A DNA stretch of 63,872 nucleotides, counting the filler, from Collodictyon triciliatum (lineage: Eukaryota): NCBI GenBank assembly GCA_043381765.1. It is 9 parts of 9 records of this genome, joined end to end, with 100 filler letters (N's around TTAATTAATTAA, not from the genome) between each part and the next. Parts side by side here need not be neighbours in the genome. Positions count along the whole stretch, not along the records: positions 53,646 to 60,565 come from JBHJMP010004159.1; positions 60,666 to 63,872 come from JBHJMP010004303.1; 7 more parts are not named here. One strand, given 5' to 3'. The position numbers and the translations under genes were made by a program. Below, in pieces: positions 54,701-63,872 of the stretch. Below the pieces are notes generated by a model. The model had not been told where the DNA came from and made no database searches. It worked only from the letters and a program-made list of their open reading frames with translations. Within the stretch, counting starts at the first letter, position 1. Each line of letters opens with the position of its first letter.

Positions 54701-55126
54701 GTAAAATTGGCGTAAACGTGTCGATTCATCGCCTTGGAAATTATTGTTCAAATGTATATATAAAGGGTAAGTTTCGCAGCCCAGCATAATATAAAACATG
54801 AACAAGCAGACAAAAATATTCGCCACGGCTGAATTAACCACCAAACTTAAGGGTTCCTCTTCTCGCTCCTTTCAGCGTGAACAACGCTATTGACGTCAAC
54901 ATCAAGTATTCAAGGATTTCCACCAGAATCTTGTTGAAGAAATGGACTTATTTGCTGTTTTGCCAAAAAAAAATGCGAGTGCCTTTCTTTTTTTTTTTTT
55001 CTCTCTTCATATTTCTTTTTCTACTTGTTATTTGCTATTCATGGTCCTTGCAAATCATGTTATATAATTTCAATTATTTTTTTAAGAGAAAATAATCGGG
55101 GATTGAAGCGAACATGAACGCGCATC

Positions 55127-58060
55127 TCATTCATAATGGTACTTGAAGACCGTGTAATCATACAGTGGCCTCCCCTCTGACGAGTAATGGAAAGGCTGGT
55201 AACAGTTCTGGCAAAAGAAGCATGGAGAGTCCACAGCCAATGGGTCGTTGTATGTGACGAACCTGAGACGTTGCGCACAGGAATCAGGTTTCAAAAGATG
55301 GATAATAATTCAAAATTTTTTTGTTAAATTAATTTATAAGGTGCAAAAGAAAAAAGAAAAAAGAAAAAAGAAAAAAAGAAAAAAAGAAAAAAAGAAAAAA
55401 AGAAAAAAAGAAAAAAAGAAAAAAAGAAAAAAGAAAAAAGAAAAAAGAAAAAAGAAAAAAAGATTGCGTGATAAGCTGAACGAGTTAAAAAAAGCCCATT
55501 TTTAAAAATTCGTAGAGTTACTATTTATGATGAAAGAGGAGGCCTGGATTTCTCTTTTAACATGATTTGACCTCATATATTAATTGATACGCAAATATAA
55601 ACGTTCCTAAAGAAAAAGAACTGTACTTGCTTGGGTATATGTTGCAAACTTGACATTTTCGAAGGAATTTTTTTGACTGAAATGTTTGTAGAGGGTATTC
55701 ACTACGATTTTGCCGGTCTTGTTCGTGGATAAGTCTAAATTATGAAAATTCCTTACGTTAAAGGCAGAGTTTTTCGGAGGAAGAATTTGTTCAAAACAAT
55801 ATATGGTCTCATCAGTGCAGAATGATTGTATGGATGATTAAATTGCAAATCGCAAGAACAAGTATATTGGATACGTAGAAGTCATTTTTCATCAATCCCA
55901 TGAGGTTTTGATACCACAAGCAAGAGAAGATTCTAAAGAAAGAGACAAGCCCAATGTAGATGTCTCACCGTATTTCGTTAAATATAACCAGGTGCTCGCA
56001 ATCCCCTTGGTGTTTGTATAGATAAGGCAATCCAACACGGAGTGTCAAGTCTCGAAAACGAACAGACATCATGTCAGCAGATTTAAACACACCCAACCCT
56101 GCCTGGGTATACCTATGTCCATGTGAGAGTCGAATAAAAACGTGTTTTAAATATAGTTTACGTTTTACCCACCAGTAAGTCAACACATATAATAGGGTCA
56201 TCGAGGAAAAATATGTCAGATGAGATTTATATATAGTATTTGAAGTGAGCCATTAATTTAAATTTGAAACCTATTGTCCTGCATCACCCAATCTAATATT
56301 AAACTGATATGAATGGAGAAATAAAAAGAAAGTATCAGTGATGATTTAAAATTAAAGTAGAACGTTATAGAAGACAATTTTTTTTTATTGGCAATTGAAA
56401 AAAAAATCATAATAATAAGTATCATAATGCAATTTACACGAAGAATGTCTGAATATTATACCAAAATCATAATAAAAAACTCACTCTGATTGTTCCTGGG
56501 AGTGCGGGGTTCTGGTGTCATTGTAGAATGCGTTTTCTATGAAAAAGAATGAACCTGGGCACTTGTTTCCATCTAACGAAGAATAAATTACAATCAATGT
56601 AACATATTTTAGTACCCACATAATAGGTTAAATGATAGCGTGTGCAAGTTTGCTCTAGTATGTAATAACCAGTAATGTCATTAACATGATAAAATACCTG
56701 CTGTAAGTTCGTCAGATAGGCAAGTAATACAATCCCTCAATTCGTACAAATACTGAGAACCAAGAATATAGAAATCCTAGTGCAACAACATGCATCTATT
56801 AGCTTAAGTATCAAATTTCATATAAAAATTATTAAAGAACCTGCAGTTTCACTTGCCGAGCGTGGTGGCATACGGTGACGTGGATGAGGATTTCGTTCTC
56901 TTCGATTGGTTGAGTCGGTAAATCAACATTTCTGACCTAAGTGTTGGGAAAAGTGAGATGCTGAAAGTTAAAAAGGCTTGCCTCCTCTGGTTCACAAAAT
57001 AGCTCTTAAGACGAAGCTGAAGGCTGAGAAAGGCGATAAGGCATTCACCGAAAGTTAGAAATATAAAAAGAATAGTTACCTTCATTGTTTCAGTGATAAA
57101 GTTGGAGGGCTTTGGTCGTTTCTTTTCTCTTATTTTTTTTGATAACGAACGAATGAATAGATAAACGCATCAACATTGGATGATTAAATACCAAGAAAAT
57201 CGAGTTACAGTGACGAAATAAATTATGCTCAAATCTATTTTCTTAGACAACAGTCGAAAGATACAATATTAATATCTCTTCAATCAAGCACGTACATTTT
57301 CTTTCTCGATTTTGAATCTCTTCTCGGAGGATTTACTTTCTGGGGATTAAATGACAACATAAGTGATCGAGTGAAACCCCTTATTAGATAAATTTGAAAA
57401 TTGTAGAAGCATAAAAATATTCTTCCCTGTTTGCTCAATCTTCGAATTTTCGGGTATGGTCATGTAACATAATGATGGATTACTCACCTCGGCCAACTCC
57501 TTAATCTCTGGCACATACTTTTCCAATTGATAATCATCATTCTAGAGTTTGTGATGTACAGAGGAAGATATATGTGTAATAAGGCACATAATGAGCTGGG
57601 AGGTATATTGAGCATAAACTTCAACTGGAACCATATATATTTCAGAGGTGTGTTACCAACCCGGATTTTTACTATCAAGTCCTCCACTCGCTCAAATATT
57701 GTAGAAGGCACAAGGTCATCCACTCTTCAATGTTGTCATATATATTTTGCATCATGCACCATATCAAACAATGATATGAAATTGAATAATATGTAGGATA
57801 ATATAAAATGTATGAGATTCAATATAAGACAATAATGATGAGAAAAAAAAATACAAAAGACAAAAGGAATGAAAAAAAAGGAGAAAACCCTAATTAACTC
57901 TTAAAAAAAAAACTCACGATAAATCGGAAGGCAGTGTCAGCTCCTTGTAAGCAGGAGTTTGGGCAAAAGCTCTCCTTTCCTCTTCATTTAACTGCAAAAT
58001 CTTTGTGATGTCACCTTGAAACTGCGCGACACTGATCACCGTGTTTGAAGTGCTGAACAT
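55127..58060 (-). CDS. SNAPC3: snRNA-activating protein complex subunit 3 (SNAP50), multi-exon, complete
   Basis: ILGSQYLYELRDCITCLSD, SFFFIENAFYND, LRVGLPYLYKHQGDCEHLVIF, KCQVC, SPCFFCQNCY..FHY. Confidence 0.92.
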
Positions 58061-58560
58061 CCGCGGCAAATAGCAGACTTTCACAGGCCTACGTGCTGCT
58101 GGTTGTATTGAAGATTCTTTCACGTAATAACAGTGCAACGCAATATAATGGAATTATGCGCATAGAAACCAACAAATTCAAGATCTAAAAAAAAAAAAAA
58201 AAAGGAAAAAGGAAAAAACTTTAGAAGCAGCAAGCAGGGACGCTGTTTCTGTTTAGCATTCCAGCGTGTTGTTGTTGCGCTGCAGAGCCCACCCAATCCG
58301 ACTCCAGCAAGAAAGTGAAAATAAAACAAAGAGTACCAGAAAAGAGGAAAAAGGATAAAGCAAAATGGGAAAGGAAATATAGCTAAGATAAAATCATATG
58401 TGGCATGTTCGTATAAAATAAACAAAGAGACTCTACCCAAACGCAAAGACTCACATGCAAATTTAAACATCCCTTGCTTTTAACATTGAGCGCTTAAGTT
58501 GGGATGCTTTAAAACATGGAACCATTGGTATATAATTGCAGTCATGTTATCTAAATGTTC

Positions 58561-58797
58561 GTATCATGGGTCGTGCCCAAAGATGGAAGATACATCGCTT
58601 CTTCCATATGCGTCATCATTCTTCTACATGTGGCATGATTTCGTGGTTCTCAGAAAGCAGATAGCCTCACGCAAAGGGGATAAGCACGTCGTTCGCGCAA
58701 GTCGTGTTTGGCATGTGTTCTATGCGATTGTGTGCTCCAGCCTTCAAGTTAGAGAGTGTGCGTGCCTCAAAGCCTAAGTACCCTCCGTTATCACACA
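58561..58797 (+). ncRNA. Candidate structured RNA / repeat, copy 1
   Basis: About 80% identical by eye to 59717-59948, with invariant blocks, variable hairpin loops and a compensatory base-pair change; family not recognised. Confidence 0.45.
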
Positions 58798-59716
58798 CCG
58801 GATATCACCAGTCGGGTCGTCAGTGGCCTACCGAAGTGCTACGAGCTATCTTCCCTCCACACGTCAGAGAAGGTATGTTTTTTTAGTTTGCAAATGAAGG
58901 AAACGAAAGTGTCGCGTTTGTCGCTTATAATAGCTGATTGCCACCTTTTCGGATATGTCGGAATCATCCATTCTCATTTTGTATGATATTGTACGTTGGA
59001 CTGACATATTCTATTTACATCCTTTGTAAGATAAAATACAATAAATGAATCTTTTGGTTTGCGCCCAAAGTGTACATGCCTCTGCACCGATGCTGCACCG
59101 AAGCAATCGGATTTCATATGCCACCCCCTGAACGGGAAAAGGACGTGTCTGTCAGCATGATTCATTATCCGTGGAATCAAGAAAGATAAAAAGAGAAAAT
59201 AGCGCAGGAAGAAAGAAGAAAAGAAAAGGGAAATTAAACTTGTTTCAAGGACTTCAACACGGTGATGTTCTTGGAGAAGGGTATACGTATATTTTTGAAA
59301 ACTATTCGACTTTTGATTCTTTGTGAAAAACAAATACAAAAAAACTGCACCAAATAAACTGCGCAGCGACAAAGCTGTTGGGACGAGCGTTATCGTGTCT
59401 ATTTGCTAGACAGCTCGGGGTAGCAATATTCGCACGAGAAGAGTACTCGACTTTGTTTTATGTCGATAGAATAGGCAGCTGATTATAGGAAAGAAAAAAC
59501 AATATAAGAGAGTGAAGAGAGAAAAAGATAAACGAAGTAATTGCGAGCAAGAAATCCTGAACAAAGGCAAAACAATAAAATTCTACTCCTAAGTCAATAC
59601 CCTACAAACATTCGGTAAGTGGATCCAACCTACCTTACGTTGATGGTCACAAAGAAGGAGATACAAATGTGGAGATAAAATGCAGTATATATATCATACA
59701 ATAGTAGTAACTATAT

Positions 59717-59948
59717 GTATCATGGGTCGTGCCCAAAGTTGGAAGACAGATATCTCCTTCCATATGTATAATATCTACATGTAGCATGATTGCGCGGTTC
59801 TCAGAAAGCAGATAGCCTCACGCAAAGGGGATAAGCACGTCGTCCACGCAAGTTGTTTGTGGTATGTGTTCTATGCAATTGTGCGCTCCAGCCTTCGAGA
59901 TAGAGAGAGTGCGTGCCTCAAAGCCTAGATACTTCTAGCTATCACACA
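59717..59948 (+). ncRNA. Candidate structured RNA / repeat, copy 2
   Basis: Diverged direct copy of 58561-58797; abuts a LINE 3' end. Confidence 0.45.
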
Positions 59949-59957
59949 TCCATATTC

Positions 59958-60565
59958 TTTCCTTTAATCTTACTCTAAGTTTGTGCGAGATGGTGGAGAT
60001 GTTGGCTTTGATTCGCTAGCCATTGTTTGCATGGACACTACTTGGTGAGTTGGTTGCGGAGAAGTAGTCCGTAATCAGGGATTGCATCCTGCGGTTTGGC
60101 TTGTAGCCTGGGTCTTGTGCTTTCATGAGAGATACAAGGCGAGGTTTGATATCTTTCTCAGCCTCTTTCCACATGTCTCTTCTCACGGGGTCGGAGTAGT
60201 AGAGAACATGCAGGTGGCGAAGAAAGCTATGGAGGAAAGAGATTTGAATGATGTCATTCAGCCTTTATCAGGAATGGGTGGTTGGTTGTTGAATCTTGAT
60301 TTGCGTGAGTATATGCGTGCTATCCACATAGTCCATATCAAATGGCCTCGCGTCGCTGCCCAGAATGTTTTTGCATCTGGACGCAGCTGTTGCAGAGGCC
60401 CAAATATCGCCTGGATTGGGCCAACAGCTGCAGCCGTCTTGAGTGTCAGTCGGAGAATCTCACCGGCTGTTTCGCGCAGGTTTTGAGCGAAGGGACATTG
60501 CACAAATGTGTGCTCAATGGATTCATCACCGTTGCTGCAAAGCGTGCATTGTTGGGAGACTTTGC
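59958..60565 (-). mobile_element. Second copy of the LINE ORF2 C-terminus and 3' UTR, degenerate; cut by contig end
   Basis: Near-identical to 48390-48975 (QCPFAQNLR..AGEILRLTLKTAAAVGPIQAIFGP). Confidence 0.85.
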
Positions 60566-62183
60566 NNNNNNNNNNNNNNNNNNNNNNNNNNNNNNNNNNN
60601 NNNNNNNNNTTAATTAATTAANNNNNNNNNNNNNNNNNNNNNNNNNNNNNNNNNNNNNNNNNNNNTTTTCTCCTCATTCGAATAAAAATCTTTATCTAGT
60701 TTGGAAAAGTTTCTCTTTAAATATACTCCTTTTGATTTGATTTGATTTGATTTGATTTGATTTGATTTCATTTGATTTGATTTCATTTGATTTGATTTCA
60801 TTTGATTTGATTTCATTTGATTTGGTTTGGTTTAATTTTGTTTTTTGTTTTTTTGTTTTTCTTTTGTTTTTTGTTTTTTGTTTTTTGTTTTTTGTTTTTT
60901 GTTTTTTGTTTTTTGTTTTTTGTTTCTTGTTGTTTGTTTTTTGTTTTTTGTTTTTTGTTTTTTGTTTTTTGTTTTTTGTTTTTTGTTTTTTGGTATAATA
61001 AAGGTTATGGAAAGGGGGAACTTTAATGCTATTCTTAGTCTGGGTTTACTCCCTTTCCGCTTCTCCATGCGTCATATCAATTACACTGTTCACATGAGTT
61101 GATATCAGAGAAGTTTACCTCTAGTTACTGTCAGCCTTTCCATGCCTGCTGCTCTTGTGCTTCTTCGAAGCTCTCTGGACGAAGCAAAAACCAACACCGA
61201 TTCTATTACGAGCCCTTTGCCTGCGAGCGAACCGGAGCGAAAGTATATCACAATATTGTTAAACAGCGTAGAAAGCCAACAACAAACAACCAGCAAAGCC
61301 AGGACAGCAGGCTCAGTCCCTGACATAAAAGAAGGAAAGGAAAAGGAAAAGGAAAAGGAAGAAAAGAAGGAAAGACAAAACACCCACTTTAGAATTGGTA
61401 AACCATGTTTCTTTTGTATGCTTCCACAAACACTGGGCACACACCTTTATCAATACAAAGCAAGTTGAACGCACAACGCGTCGGCAACAGCGACCCTCAC
61501 TCTCATGCAAACAGACAGAAAGGACAATGCGCGAACCACTTGCATTTGTGTTTTCCTGAGTACTCTGCCTGCCTTCTGGTCTAGAAGGAAAAGAAAATGG
61601 ATCCAATGCGATAAGCTGTCATCGCCAAGAGAAGTTATTATGTGCGCACCCACCCTGGAAATCGTGTGTGGGTGTGTGTGTGAAAGGGTATTGATAGTGT
61701 GGGCCGATGCAGGAAGCCCTCCAGCCACAAGCGCGAATCAAAAAGCAGAGATATCACCGCGAGCAAGCAAAGGAAGAAAAGAGGGAAACCCGCGCATCAC
61801 AACAGAAGAGGGAGATTACGCGGTATCATTCAAGAAAGAAAAAAAAAAGAGTTTATGTTTTTCGTGTTCTTTTGGTGTTGGCCTTGCCCAGGACGATAGC
61901 CCGTAGGAATCACCTTTGTGCAGGCGGTTGATTCTTTCATCGCCCATTTTCTTTATAGTATCGTCATATTCTTTATTCTGACACCTATCGCCCATCCAGA
62001 ATTGAGTGACTCATTTTTTTTTTTCATATTTTATTTTTCCAAAGCCCTTTTGTTTTTAATCTTGACTTACAAAAAGGAAAAAAGGCACTCACACCAACGC
62101 AGCAAACTTCTCTGTCTCTCCTCCCCTAATGTTTTTATTTATTTATTTATTTATTTATGCTACATCACAGAAGATTAAAGATA

Positions 62184-63075
62184 ATGGCCACCATCCAGTG
62201 GACTTTTGCATACTACGTATGCTACATGACGGGTGTCCTCTTTGTCATTTTGTACGCGGGTCGGCCACGCTGGCTCCTTCGACCAGTCTGCAGGGAGATT
62301 GTAAAGTATTCTCGGGCCACACTCGTTCTCTTGCTCATATATGGCACTGGGCTGCTAGGTTTTTTTTTTAAAATTTGTTGCCATTCTTGTTTTACAAATA
62401 TCAGCTATGTGGTTGGCCTATTCCCTTCTGGGGCTTGGAGCACTTTCCCGTAGTCAGATTCACGCAGGGTAATACAACCCGAGCTGATGGGTTGATTCTT
62501 TTGTTTACACAGGAGCTGCTCTCGAGGCCCAACAAATGCAGGATGTCCTTGAGTTTCAGAGAGAAAAGCCAGCTGGCATATCGATGGAATATGTCTTGCT
62601 CAACAAAACTAGACTGTTTCGTGCTGAGAGAAATGCATACCTATGTATTTGTGCGATGATATTAATCAGGTATAATTTTTTTATATCCCAATTCATAGAT
62701 GAAAACTACTTCGCCAAAGAGAATGTGTTAAAATACGCACCACCATTGAAAGCTTGATTTAAGGAGAAGTGAAGGGGGAAAGGAAAAAGAATTAACGTTT
62801 TTTTTTTTTTCATCATGGCTACATCACCACCTTCCGCTAGTGCTATTCGCTACTTTGCATATTGTGAGATTCACCATTGTGAATGTACTACTGAGAAATG
62901 CGACACAAGTTCAGAGCCAAAAAAGCAGCCATCTCCAGTTCCAAACGGTCACCAAAAACACTCCGTGAAGATTACCTCGGAATTACCCACTGCAGAGAGC
63001 AGAAAATCCTTGACAAAAAGGCTACATGGCGCGCTCGAGACGGGACTGGAAGGCTCTCACCACCACAACGAATAA
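62184..63075 (+). CDS. BAP29/BAP31-like ER membrane protein, 3 exons
   Basis: MATIQWT start, hydrophobic helices and KTRLFRAERNAYL matching the family LFRAQRN.Y motif. Confidence 0.72.
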
Positions 63076-63872
63076 AGTACCAGCCCTGGATGAGGCACTA
63101 CAGAGACAAAAGAGTTGTGTGTAGTTCAGAAACATATACATAGAGTTATAGGAGGGTACATTTCGTGAAAATATATGATAGTTCTGGATGAGTATATATA
63201 ATGTCTACATGAAACGGTGCAAAATAGGTGAATAGTATATCAGAGGCAGTTGTAAACTGCACACATAGAAACCATTTCATACATTAAGGTCATCGGGAAA
63301 AACAGAATGAAAAGGATTGGCCTTGGCTCCTGAACAGGGTGGGCTACACTTCAGTATAATATCTTGTTAGAAACCGGCTGCAAATCAAGAAAACAAAACT
63401 TAGTGCAGTGGTGCTGTATCATCCACTAAGCGGGGATATGTGATGGAATTAGTTCCTAGCGTAGGTGTTAATGATGCTGCGGGAGGTGTATGTGGTTAAG
63501 GGGCTGCCCTTTCACAGGGTGCATAGTATTAGAGGCAGTGAAGGGCCCACAACAGTTTGTTTGGCGTGGTTTAAAAGGCTCTGCTGGGAATTAAGAAGAT
63601 TATGAAGTGCCCGTGGAAAGAGTCGAAGGAAACGGCAAGATTCCCTCTAGTGATAGAAGTATTTGTTGAATCGGGGGGTCATCCAGGATGCAGGATACAG
63701 AGTATAAGCGTTACGTGGTCATTCGGGGAAATTGAGACGGACGACAGTTAAGTGCAGCGCAAGTGGTACATTTGTGAGCATAAATAGCATCGAGATACGC
63801 GGACAAAAAAAAAAAAAAAAGAAAAAATGGAAAAAGGGGGGGGGAAGGGGGTTGTGTTATGGGAGGGGGGGG

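Noticed and set aside
58630-58660. Hammerhead-like CTGAGA...GAAA on the minus strand of the duplicated element
   Set aside because: Does not fit CUGANGA, and GAAA is not conserved in copy 2.
55127-58797. Functional link between SNAPC3 and the adjacent candidate ncRNA
   Set aside because: Proximity alone is not evidence in a eukaryotic genome; no snRNA motif found.
61100-61460. Possible minus-strand exons here and at 63250-63780
   Set aside because: Splice-like signals present, but no unique frame or recognisable product.

Overview
This window is eukaryotic DNA from an AT-rich, intron-dense, microsatellite-rich protist-like genome; I cannot name the organism. It is a concatenation of nine unrelated contigs (mostly ~6.93 kb) joined by artificial N44-TTAATTAATTAA-N44 linkers, so neighbourhoods across linkers mean nothing. 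Spliced genes reconstructed by hand, all in the standard code: a histone deacetylase, a tandem universal stress protein, MIF/tautomerase, Piezo (3' part), a chimeric NACHT-TPR-pentapeptide-WD40-Sel1 NLR-like protein, PP2A B56, an Fe-SOD ending in -SKL, a USP2/8/21-like deubiquitinase, a Kelch/CUB secreted protein, an LRR protein, a Rab5/21/22-like GTPase, SNAPC3 and a BAP31-like protein. Fragments of probably one L1/Tx1-like LINE family occur at six sites. Most notable: (1) the NLR-like gene, with one-TPR-per-exon symmetric 126-nt exons fused to an intronless module of near-identical WD40 repeats; (2) an AT-AC intron in the Rab gene lacking U12 consensus; (3) a duplicated ~235-nt element with signs of conserved RNA structure; (4) a micro-LINE insertion whose target-site duplication copied a splice acceptor.
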